64,000 bases of DNA from positions 2,170,001-2,234,000 of the forward strand of contig OZ287071.1 in assembly GCA_965645245.1 (NCBI GenBank), in the 5' to 3' direction. The notes under the pieces were generated by a model, which saw nothing but the letters and a program-made list of their open reading frames with translations, had not been told where the DNA came from and did no database searches. This document shows, piece by piece, positions 51,159 to 62,148 of this stretch; the stretch's first letter is position 1; every line of letters starts with the position of its first letter. The DNA comes from Massalongia carnosa (lineage: Eukaryota). A program made the position numbers and the translations under genes.

Positions 51159-52376
51159 ATGCCCCCTCTCTTTCCCACCACCTCTTCCTCACCCGGCCAA
51201 GGCACCATCCACCTAACGCTCCTCTCTCCCTCGATTCCCTCGTTTTCCACTCTCTCCTACACCTACCCGCTCAAACTCCTACCTTCAAGACCGCATCGAC
51301 TGTCTTCTTTCGAGCTCCGTAGGAATGTGCAGTCTTCAGCCCAGCAGGATGTTCCTACCGGCTCAGCTAAGGCATCCGGCACGGCGCAGTCCACCGTTCC
51401 AAGACCAACCTTGGTGCCGCTTCTTTTCGTCCTCACTTATGGTGGAGGACTTCTGGCTGGCGATTGCATTGACTTGAAGATTTGCTTAGATCCATGCACC
51501 CGTCTGGCTATAGCAACCCAGGGAAGCACCAAGGTGTACAAAACCCCCCACTCCTCCTTGGGGGAACGGCAAAAAGCACGACAGGGGAACACAACCGTGG
51601 AAACGCTTGCAAGCGACCATGCCATCCAAAACTCGTCCAATTCCCCCGATCTCACCTCCCGGCAAGATCTTCGTGTGCGCATCCACCGCGGCGCAGCGCT
51701 CTGGCTCGCTCCCGACCCTATCCAGCCCTTCGCCGGCTCGCAATACGCGCAAACGCAAATCTTCGAAATGGAAAGAGGCGCCAGCCTCGGCGCGGTGGAC
51801 TGGGTGTCGGAAGGCCGCCGGGCGCGGAACGAGAGCTGGGCGATGGACGGATGGCGGGGCCGGAATGAGATCTGGGCCACGATTCCGGCGAAAAAGGATG
51901 ACGCGGGCCGGGAACTTTACCCCGAACGCAAACGGCTGATGGTGAGGGATAGCGTGATCCTCGATCCTGACGGTGTGGACGGCGGAGGGATCGCCGCACT
52001 GGTGGCCCACGCCGGCGTGTTCGGCACCCTCCTCCTCCACGGCCCCCTCTTCTCCCCCCTCTCCGCCTTCTTCCTCGCGGAATTCCGCGCCCTCCCGCGC
52101 CTCGGCGCACGCAACTGGGACTCGACCAACCCTCGCGCAGCGGAAGAAAAAGCAGAAGTCCTGTCGCCGCGGCAGCGATGGCGCCAAGAGAGGCTGCAGC
52201 GGGAACACGCCGATGCCGTCCTATGGACGGCCGCGAGCGTAAGGGCCGGGGTCACGGTCGTCAAGTTCTCGGCTGGGGCGGTCGAAGGGGCGAGGCTGTG
52301 GCTGAGGGCGATGCTGGGGGAGGAAGGGACAGTGGCGAGGGAGTTTGGCGAGGGCGGGTTGATTTTTGTGAGATAG
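51159..52376 (+). CDS. ureD: Urease accessory protein UreD
   Basis: YTYPLKLL, LTYGGGLLAGDCIDL, TQGSTKVYK, PDPIQPFAGSQYAQTQIF, DWVSEGRRARNESW, GVFGTLLLHGP. Confidence 0.92.
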   Translation: MPPLFPTTSSSPGQGTIHLTLLSPSIPSFSTLSYTYPLKLLPSRPHRLSSFELRRNVQSSAQQDVPTGSAKASGTAQSTVPRPTLVPLLFVLTYGGGLLAGDCIDLKICLDPCTRLAIATQGSTKVYKTPHSSLGERQKARQGNTTVETLASDHAIQNSSNSPDLTSRQDLRVRIHRGAALWLAPDPIQPFAGSQYAQTQIFEMERGASLGAVDWVSEGRRARNESWAMDGWRGRNEIWATIPAKKDDAGRELYPERKRLMVRDSVILDPDGVDGGGIAALVAHAGVFGTLLLHGPLFSPLSAFFLAEFRALPRLGARNWDSTNPRAAEEKAEVLSPRQRWRQERLQREHADAVLWTAASVRAGVTVVKFSAGAVEGARLWLRAMLGEEGTVAREFGEGGLIFVR

Positions 52377-52792
52377 ATTATGTAACTAGATTATTAGAAA
52401 ATAGTAGACGGGGGAGGGGAAGTGTAATCCTGTAAATAGGGATTCGGGGAGGTTTTATTGATTTTTTGGTAAAGTATCATTCTATTTATCTAGCATCTAT
52501 CTACTTATTCATTAATCTCATTCTCAGCCTTCCGTTCCTCACCAAACCCGTTTCCACTCCTCTTACCCTTTCTTTCTTTCTTCCATTCCTTCCTTCCGAC
52601 TAGCTATCTCCTTCCACCCAACCCCCTTATCTATATATCTAGTGAATACTCAAACATTTCCCCTCCCCTTCCCCCCTCGAAAAAAACCCCCCAAAAAAAA
52701 ACCAAACAAACCCGCCGTCTTTCCCCCATTCTATATACCTGCCACTCGGATAACTAGACGGCCGGTCAATCGGTCGGGTACTTACACATATA

Positions 52793-54136
52793 CAGTCCCG
52801 TGCCAAAAGTCTGCGGCCCAACCCGTAATTTTCGTGATTTCGCGTTTTCAACTCATCAACCCCCCATCTTTCCACCTCATCATTTCACCATGCTTCGTGC
52901 TTCTTTGACCCCCATAAGTGGTAATCGGCCTCGTAACACTGAATTGACGCCATATCAACGTGGTATGATTGTTGGGGCCCAGGCGTTGGGGCACACACCG
53001 ACCGAGATTGGGAAGACTCTTAATTTCACTAAATCGACCGTGCAGAGCACCATTCAGAAGCACTCAATTCGCAACGACGGCGTGTCTAAATCACGTTCTG
53101 GACGGCCTGAAGTGCTGTCAGAACGCGATCGACGTTATATCATCAAGCATGCACGAATCAATCCACGAATCACTTATGCACAAATCAAACTAGAAGTGGG
53201 GCTCCGCTGCAGTCGTACGACCATTTATCGGGCACTCAAACTGTATGGTTTAACCAACTGGGTGGCTAAAAAACGACCTTTATTGACGCCTGAGGTGGCC
53301 AAGAAACGATTGGATTGGTGCTTGCTGCGGCGTGAGTGGACTTTTGAGCAGTGGTCAAGAGTTATATAGTCAGATGAGTGCTCGGTGGAAAAGGGGTCAG
53401 GAAAACAGCGTCAGTGGGTGTTCAGATTGCCGAAAGAAAAATGGAATAAAGAGATGATACAACCTGTCCCCAAAGGCAAAGGAGTCAGTGTCATGGTCTG
53501 GGCAGCTTTTTGGGGAGATGACAGGTCAGATCTTTACAAATTGGCTCGTGATTTTGCTGCGAAGAAGATGGGGTACTCGGCGAACTCATATATGGAAGGA
53601 ATTATTGAACGATAATCTGCTTGGAATTTGGCAACCGGGCCTCATTTTCATGCAGGATAACGCACCTATACATAAGGCTAAAAAGGTGATGGAATGGTTC
53701 AATGAGAACGGCATAGAGGTCATCGATTGGCCCCCCTATTCACCTGATTTAAATCCCATCGAGCACGTTTGGTATGTGCTCAAAAAGCTCGTCTATCAAG
53801 TCAACCCGAACATAGATTTGGTGATCGGCAGTGATGAAACTGTTCGTGAGGTACTTTGGAAAGCGTTAGAAGAAGCCTGGACGTTGATAGATGTGAAAAT
53901 GATGAGGAGGTTAATAGAGAGCATGAATAGGAGGATAAAAGCGTGTATAGCGTCGGAAGGATGGTATACTAAATATTAAAAATCAATTTTTGGGGGAATT
54001 CTTGTTTAGTAGGTATGTAATCATTATGTAAAAGTTTCAAGACATTTCAGCAATCGTGACGTGGTTGATTGTTGATTGAATAGAATGATTGAAATGTTGG
54101 TGGGGTGCGGGGCCGCAGACTTTTGGCCTAGTACTG
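52793..54136 (+). mobile_element. Tc1/mariner (impala-like, DD34E) DNA transposon, full-length but defective
   Basis: 27-bp TIRs at 52793-52819 and 54110-54136 (23/27 identical), flanked by TA on both sides; 1344 bp long. Confidence 0.95.
52890..53979 (+). pseudogene. Tc1 transposase with premature stop and frameshift
   Basis: HTH (ELTPYQRGMIVG...RSGRP), VI*SDE (TAG at 53367), frameshift near 53595, FMQDNAPIH and WPPYSPDLNPIEH with 34 residues between D and E. Confidence 0.92.
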
Positions 54137-55619
54137 TACATAACATAACATATATAAGATATCAGGTCTCGTTGATTATTTAGTTAGTAGTTTAGTTATC
54201 CAGTAAAGAAAGAGAATAGAGAACTAAACAAATAATAGTAAGGGTAGCGGAACCGGGGTTGGGCATCCTTCGTTCGTTTCCGTTTGACGCCTTACCAACC
54301 CCTACGAAGGGGATTTTTCTGCTTACGTGATGGATAAAGGTAAAAGGGGGGGTTGGGTGGAAAAGGGGGAGGAAGCGAAGAGGCGAGGTTTAAGTGCGCG
54401 CATAGCTAAATACAGTACAATGGCCAGATACGTTTATCTACAGGTGAATCGCCGAGTAAGTTATTTATTCGAAATGCGACGGGAGTTTATATATGTATGT
54501 ATGGAAGGAAGAATATAAGGTATGTGAAAAATATCGATGCGTTCCTCTCAATCTTTCCTCCCTTAGAACCCTATTCGCTTTGTAAGGTAGAGATGGTTAG
54601 ATTGTCAAACCCACGGGAGTTTAATGGAGGGAAAGGGTAATCGATGGTGAGAAGAATATGGAGAGCAATAAATAGTAAAGTAAGTACATCGAGTGTATAC
54701 AAATTACCTCGACCTACAATCCGTTTCAGCATCAGAACCCCCCCTAAATAACTCCCTCTCTTCGCCGTCGTTTCCGAATAATTCAACTTCTCCTCTGCTC
54801 TTCAAATCTCACTCGCTCCCCCGCTGCTCGTTTCCCTTTCCATATCTGATCTTCCCTTAATTTAGTGCTCGCTCCAACCCCCCCGGGTAAGCAAGTCCCC
54901 ACCCTAGACGCATACAAAAAAAGCTATGATCAACCCGCAGAATTGCGTCTCGCGTGGACAGGGATGCCTGCGCGGAACGAGCGGTTAGATGCAGCGGCAG
55001 AGCGGGCGAGCGGGCGGGGCAGACCCTGTTGGGTTTTGGATTTTCGGTTTCGAAAATGTCTTGGATTGTTGTGTATGCGGTTTGTTGCGCGGGTGCGGAT
55101 GACATAAACATTTCTTTGCGGGTTGACGTCCGGGTCAGTCCCTTACGCATGCAAGGTTCATGCACGTTTGCTTGCGGAGCCGAATCTTGAAAAAAGGTCT
55201 TCGTCAACCCCCGAGCTTTTGTGCCAGCATTCAGCAAACATCACGAATACCTGATCTCGATTGCAAGATCTCATGATCGATCAACGGCCCAGGGACAGCG
55301 GGATGTTTTGGTCTCAGTTAGGAGGATGCCCGAGTCAGGACCCTTCATTTTCTGTCGAGTGCCGTCGGCACGGGGAGAGGGTTGATACAACCTGCAGAAG
55401 ACTGTCGAGTCCTGTCTTTTCTCCTCCTCCTCATACCAATTGCGTTGAGATGTGTCCGTGAAGAGTCGGGATGGCTTGATGCACATGCTTTCCTGCTGTT
55501 TGTCGTGTTCCATTTAGTTTGGCCTAAAGGCAAGTTCTCATGAAGCTCTGTCCATCGTGGTTGGAATGCTGCAAGGGGGAAGTCTAGGGCTAGTCTATGT
55601 AGGGCTACCTTCCTTCAGA

Positions 55620-55654
55620 CTACCTTAGGGCTACCTTAGGGCTACCTTAGGGCT
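55620..55654 (+). repeat. (CTACCTTAGGG)x3 tandem repeat containing TTAGGG
   Basis: Three perfect 11-bp units, plus a partial unit (AGGGCTACCTT) at 55601. Confidence 0.85.
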
Positions 55655-56035
55655 CAAGTGATGTCGTTTTGTTGCGTTTGTTGGCCGCTAGCCCTTACTT
55701 TGCGGTTCATATCCCGTGATCGTGATAGTTAGCCAATTAGCCAATTAGCCCTATGGCGGCCAACAAGGTAAAGCAAAGTTTTTCGGTGTGATGGCCAGTG
55801 TCGCTTCATACCTGCTTATCGATCACCTCCAACACCATTCCGTCAAACCCTCAACGCTTATTATCGCTAACACGCGCCAACCACTTCTAGCGCTTTTCTT
55901 CTCTCATTAGTCCGAAGATCGTGCAATACGCTTTTGCGCAGCTCATCATCAGATTCCACATCTCACTGACATTGCCCTCGCTGAAGAATCGTGGATCGTG
56001 CTCTCGTGGATCCAAACATTGCTCTCCGCATCACA

Positions 56036-57427
56036 ATGGCTCCCATTGACATGAGAGACGTGGGCATGCACGGCCGCGGGATGGCCTTGGTGTATATCAC
56101 CATCAGCTTCAGCATTCTAGCCCTCTTTCTCGTCTCGATGCGTTTGGTAACTAGGCTGTCGGCGAAGTGCACGCTGGGAATGGATGACTATGCCATTGCG
56201 CTCTCCATGGTATGTATATCGAGGTGTTGGCGCCCATGTGTACTCCGTTCTCGAGATCGCAAGCGACGAACAGCAATACTGACCATCTTGACCCGCTAGT
56301 TCTTTTCAATCTGTCTGACCGTTGCGACCTGCATCAGTAAGTTGATCGGCAGATAAAGATCGGTTCATTTGACGGATACTGAGCATTACACAGGCGTCGA
56401 TCATGGATATGGAAAGCGAGGAGGCTCTCTGTCAGAACACGATCTTCGCGCAGCGCTCCAGGTATGTAACATAAAATTTTCTTAGCAGGATATACCTAAG
56501 GACGAGATAGGCGTTCTGGGCCATCCAAATCTTGTACAAATTCACGATCAACTTGACAAAAACCTCGATCCTGGTCCTCTACCTCCGCATCTTCCCCAAC
56601 ATATTCTTCCGTAGATATGTCTATACCATGCTTTTCCTGGTCTTGGGTTATGCTACATCCAGCGTAATAGCGACTATCTTCGAGTGTACTCCCATCTCCA
56701 GAATATTTGACAAGAGCATTCCGGGAAGCTGCATCAATTTGACGCAATTCTGGTATGCCAACGCCATCACCAACATCATAGGCGACTGCATAATCTTCTT
56801 TTCCCCGATGCCGCTCATTCGCACTTTAAAACTCCCCCTTCGTCAAAGGCTCGGTCTGGCCTTGGTATTTGCGCTAGGATGCTTGTAGGTCTTCTGCCCC
56901 AGGGCGACTACTCCATACTGATGGATGATAGCGTCTGTGTCACGTCAGTCTTGCGTATAACCACTCTGAAGACGAGCTCTACAACCATCGATCAAACCTA
57001 TGGTACTCTCGTTTCGACAACCTGGACAACCGTTGAAGCCAATCTCGGAATTATGTGCGCCTGCCTTCCAACGATGAAGGCCCCTCTAGCTCGATTGTTC
57101 CCACGACTATTAGGCGGAAGCACTCAACTTAGCGGTAGCGCAGCAGCACGTGAGCGTCCCGCAGCTGACCCGCAAAACCATCCTCCATCGGATTCCAACC
57201 CCTGGGGCCGCAAAATCCGATCTAGCAGAAGATCGCCTCTACGTGCACGCGGCTCAAGCGATGAAATCTTTGGGTTAGCCTCCATCACTAAAACCACTAG
57301 CATTCGCGTGGAATTCGGCCAAGATATGGAATCGGAATCCAGTGGCACAATCGGGAAGGATAGCATGACCATACCGCCAAGCAGCGGTTTCGACCACACC
57401 CTCTCTACCGGCCAGGGGTATTCGTGA
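56036..57427 (+). CDS. Pth11-like integral membrane protein (fungal rhodopsin domain, no CFEM)
   Basis: Five exons: 56036-56209, 56300-56336, 56394-56461, 56511-56884, 56932-57427. RLVTR..GMDDYAI, HGYGK, TKTSILVLYLRIF, FECTPI..FDKSIPGSC, WTTVEANLGIMCACLP. Confidence 0.9.
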
Positions 57428-58310
57428 TCGAATCACTTTTTGTCGTGTTTGGATAATGACATTGCTCCTTGCATCGAACCATGTTACTCCTACTTCTCAA
57501 CCTTATCATAGGTCTCTGATTCTTCAGAACCCATTTTTGCGCTGACAATTCACTCATAGGTGTGAAGAGTGCATCTGCGGATTGTTTTGCCACGTGTCGG
57601 TTTCTGTACCCAAGCTAACTTCTCATCTTCTCCACTATGACAGTTACAGGCTATTTCTCCTCATGTTGCGAGGCCAAGTAAGAGTTCATTCGTGAATCAG
57701 TTCATATCAGGACACTTAACATTGGCTGAAGGTGGGGATTTGGCAGTGTTTCGACCATTTGACCTGGCACAATGATATGACATGGTTTATCTCAGTATTT
57801 CTTATGTGTTAGCGATGATTGGAGGTGCAAGGGTTGTGAAAGAGGATGGCGAATGTACAAAGGTCTAGTCTTCTTTGACTTATACTCTACAAAGTGTGAA
57901 GCCAATGAGTCAACATTAGTTTCAAGCCAGACCCGCACTGAATGAAACCTAGTTTCCAGTTTGGTTTCGCTGGTTGGATATGAGTATGTGCGGGATTCAA
58001 GCAACTTCGTTGTCGGCAGGCCGATTGATCTGCTAAATTCATGGCAGAGCAGGTCTCGAAAGGGAAGTTGAAGCGTCAAGCGGTAAGAGCGTCAACTGAT
58101 TACGTAACTTAAATAGTTAGCTTCTAAACTCCGATAAACCCCGAGATCCGCTTTCAATGACAATTCACTTATCGCGTCATTGGGTTCAATTTATTCAAGT
58201 ACAAATTCTCACCATCCAAATATCAAACCCACTTCAACCCCTGGAACAGGTTTCTCATCTGCCTACTATTCACCACCCGGCCCTCCCCTCCACCCATTCC
58301 TTACCAAACC

Positions 58311-59463
58311 ATGGTCCCACTCCCTCTCGTCCGCGCTTCCAACGCCAACCTAAAATCCCTTCCCCCCCCAACCGCTCTCTTCGTCGGCGCAACCCAAGGA
58401 ATCGGTCTCAGCACCCTCCAGCACTACGCCTCCTTTACCACTCGACCCAGAATCTATATTGTTGGCCGCAGCGAACCCGTTGTAGCAAACATTGTCGATG
58501 ATTTGAAGAAGCGCAACGCTGATGGAGAGTATATTTTCCTCTACGGCGAGGTGTCGCTGCTGGAGAGTGTGGACGCAGTATGTGCGGAGGTGAGGCGGAG
58601 AGAGAGGAGCTTAGCTTTGCTGTTCATGTCACCAGGATATCTTACCTTTGCGGGTCGAGATGGTACTCTCCCCCTGCCAACCCCCCCGTTTCCGCCAGTG
58701 CGCTCCCCATCTAAATTCATCGCTAGAAACCCCAGAAGGCATCGACCGCGTCCATTCTCTTCGCTACTACGCTCGCGCGCGCTTCATCACGCTCCTCCTT
58801 CCCCTCCTCCAACAATCCCTGGCGCCTCGCGTTCTCTCCGTCCTAGCAGCCGGCAACGAAGGCTCCCTCTACCTCCAAGACCTCGAGCTCCACACCCACT
58901 ACTCCTTCTTCAACGCCGCCAACTCAGCCGCCACTATGACCTCGCTGTTTTTTGAGGAAGCAGCGGCCCGGTACCCAGACGTGAGTTTTGTCCATGCGTT
59001 CCCCGGCGTGGTGCGCACCAAGGCGCTCACCAACCCATTTTGGGGTTGGTTGGGCTGGGTGTTGGAGTGGACGGTATTGCCCCTGATGGTGCCGTTTATG
59101 GTGAAGATGGCAGAAGTGGGCGAGAGACAGGTTTTTCACGCGACGAGCGCGAGGTATCCCGCGCGAGAGGCGAGGGCGAGGGCCGGGGGAGAGGCCACAA
59201 CATCCGCCAGAGAAGCCCAAGCAGAATCAACAAACATAAGTCAACAACCCCTCGCTGCAGCAAAATCCCCTGGCGTCCCAATTCCCTCTCCTCTCGGTGT
59301 CGCAACCGGTGCCAATGGCTCCCCCGGCAGTGGCGCTTACCTCCTCACCTGGGATGGCGAACCCACGGGGGGGCGGGTGCTCGACCAGTACCGGAAAGAC
59401 GGGACGAGGGAGGTAATATGGAAGCATACCTTTGAGGTGTTTCGGCGGGTGAGGGGTGATTAG
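58311..59463 (+). CDS. Short-chain dehydrogenase/reductase-like oxidoreductase
   Basis: Exons 58311-58662 and 58727-59463. Rossmann ALFVGATQGIG, IYIVGRS, ETPEGID...LRYYARARF, SFVHAFPGVVRT. Confidence 0.88.
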
Positions 59464-59779
59464 GGCGAAATGTTGGCGATGGTACTCCTTACAGCACCGG
59501 GAAAAGGGGCTGGATGGGGGGGGGAAGAATACGAAGAAGTATTTTCTTTTCTTTTAAACATGCTAATAAAACATGAAAAGACTACAACACGGATGCCGAG
59601 GCAATCACGCGTTCTTCGCTTTCCTTTTCTTTTTATCGATAAATCATGCCTCACCGTCTCTCCAATTAATCCTTTTTTTCCTTCTCCAACCATCATTCCA
59701 TACTCTCCCACCCCTCTCGCTCAACCCTGCCCCTAACAACTACTCGCATGGTTTTTTGTCTATCATCTGCCATTTTCCT

Positions 59780-60096
59780 AGCAACCATGATGCTCATGAT
59801 GATGATAATCCCGATGAGAATGGCTATGGTGACGGAGAGAGCAATGATGATGGTGAGCATGATTATCATGGCCATGATTGTGATTGTGATGATGGCTATG
59901 ATGGTGGTTGCGATGATGTTGATGGCGGTTGTGATGGCGGTAATGATGCTGGTGATGGTTGTGCCGATGGTGCTGATGATAGCGGTAGTGGCGGTCATAA
60001 TGGTCGTGGTGATAGTGTTGGTCATGATGAGAAATGCGAATGATGGAAACGACGACGACGACGACGAAGAAGAAGAAGAAGAAGACGAAGAAGAAG
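59780..60096. repeat. Degenerate (GAT/GGT)n trinucleotide tract followed by (GAC)n and (GAA)n microsatellites
   Basis: Directly visible; produces Met/Val-, Asp/Gly-, Ile/Thr- and His-rich ORFs in several frames. Confidence 0.9.
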
Positions 60097-60530
60097 CGGC
60101 GGAGGATCAAGTTAATAACAATACTAAGAAAAGAGAAATCCCCGGATTAGAGGGTTATTGCTGGTTGCTTGGTTGCACTGATCACAAGATGCCCTGATCA
60201 CTGGATGACAGACTGGGTTTCTGGCCAGTTTCTTCGTCTGCTTACTCTTCTTCTTCTTCCTTCTGGTTGTAAAAGGGCCTGGTAATGGTTAGTGGCGATG
60301 ACAGATTACTGGGTTCTTAACGATGATGATGATGATGAACGCACTTAAGTATTCCGTGATCTAGAGGGACGAGATGGAAGAGAGAGAGATGGGGGAGAGG
60401 GAGAGGAAAAGAGGAGTTGATTGGTTGATTGGTTGATTGATTAGGGGGCAACTATGTGTGGGAATGGGAAGGAGAGAGGAGAAATTTTAAATATAAATAT
60501 AAAAAAGAACTGTCTTATCAACAAGTAAAT

Positions 60531-60565
60531 CATCCATCCATCCATCCATCCATCCATCCATCCAT
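60531..60565. repeat. (CATC)n microsatellite
   Basis: About eight tandem CATC units. Confidence 0.85.
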
Positions 60566-62148
60566 TGATTCATTCACTCATCTAGTCCAAATTAAGGCTT
60601 TCACTTTTCTAAAGGAAACCGAAAACCGAAAACCGAAATGCAAATTGCAAATAAAGTGGAAATAAAAATGTAATTCTCAAAAACAGAAAAACAAATCCGG
60701 AGACAATACATGGAATAAAAGACGAAGGAGCTTCCTTGGTCTAGTCACTCTAGTCATTATATAGGTACGCCTATCACCTACCCAATTCACCCATCTATTC
60801 ATTCTCACCCCCCCTCAACACACACATACATATTTGGATCTTCTCCAGCCGCTTTCGAGAAGAAAAACAGAAAAAAAGCCAGATGTACATAAATAGTAGG
60901 GACATAGATCGCTTAGTAGGTTAATAGCTAAGTAGATAGATAGCAACATCCCCCCCTCTTTCCCTCCCTTCGTTCCACCCTTCCCGTCTCAAGAAACTGA
61001 TTGCCATTAGACCTCCCACGAAAGCTTTCCGAGACCAGGTGTGAAAATGGAAAAAAATGGCAAGTAGCGATGGGCAAAGGCGGAAGCGGAGCGGAGAATC
61101 GAAAGAGGATTTCAACCTCTTTCTCCCCCGCCCTCTTCCCCCCCCCTCGCTCGCGCACACGCTCTGGTTCCCCCCCCCCCCCCCCCTTCCCCATTCTCGT
61201 CCCATCTTCCCACATCCATACGTTCAGCCAGCGCGGTGACAACACGCACCGCTAACATCGCATAAACTTTCTGAGCAAGTAGAGAAGCAGATTACAAGTG
61301 ATAGATAAATCCCCCTCGCTCCGCCTTCCTTTCCCATCCTATATTCCCGTTCCGTTGTAGCCTTCGTTATCTGCCTGCCAGCCACAATACATATGATGTA
61401 ATGACGAAAGAGCAAAGGAAATCACAAAAAAAGGCGGACGTAAATTTATATCAGGCGAAGCAGCCAAAATAAGAAGACCGAAATCAAATCAAAATACCAA
61501 TGCATTGCTAACCTACATATCAACCTACATTCTTATCAGGCGGATTCCATGCCTCCGTATGAATTAGCCAGTTTCCAGAACTCGTGTAAACCAGAATATG
61601 ATTCGTTGCTTTGATATTTCATAAACGAGCCCAGAATAACAATCCCTCTTTGGTTTCCTTCAGCGTTGTAAATTTCGTGATAATATATAAGTCATGTTCC
61701 CAGATAAGAGGATAGATGTTCCCAACATGGAGAGGTGAAGTTACTCGTTGTTGCGGCTCTATGGTTCTGTTCCCCCTTTCCTCGGCCCGTCCGCGCTTTC
61801 TTGCAGAGGGGAAGAGGATCAGGGGTGGACCCGCCGGCCTGAAGTTGGATGATGTGTTTGTAAAACTGTGCACAAATCCAGAATGCTTTGAGACAAAAGC
61901 CTTGGCGCAAGAGAGAACCCAAATGGATCATTTTTTAAAGGTCGGCGAAGCGGGTGCTTTTAGAGAACGCTTGTTGAATGGCTGGTAGGTAACGTCTTGA
62001 AGTTGTAAGAGGAGTGTGGGTGAGCGTATGAGGGATGGAGTGGATGCATATTTGTTCTCCGCGGAGCTGAGAGGCTGTGGTCCTGGGATGTTGGCTACGG
62101 GATTATGTTGAGGACGTTTCGTTATCGATGGAGGAGTCCGGAACGAAA

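Noticed and set aside
59573..60197. Met/Val-, Asp/Gly-, His- and Ile/Thr-rich ORFs
   Set aside because: Open frames on both strands are a by-product of a degenerate GAT trinucleotide tract; no independent coding evidence.
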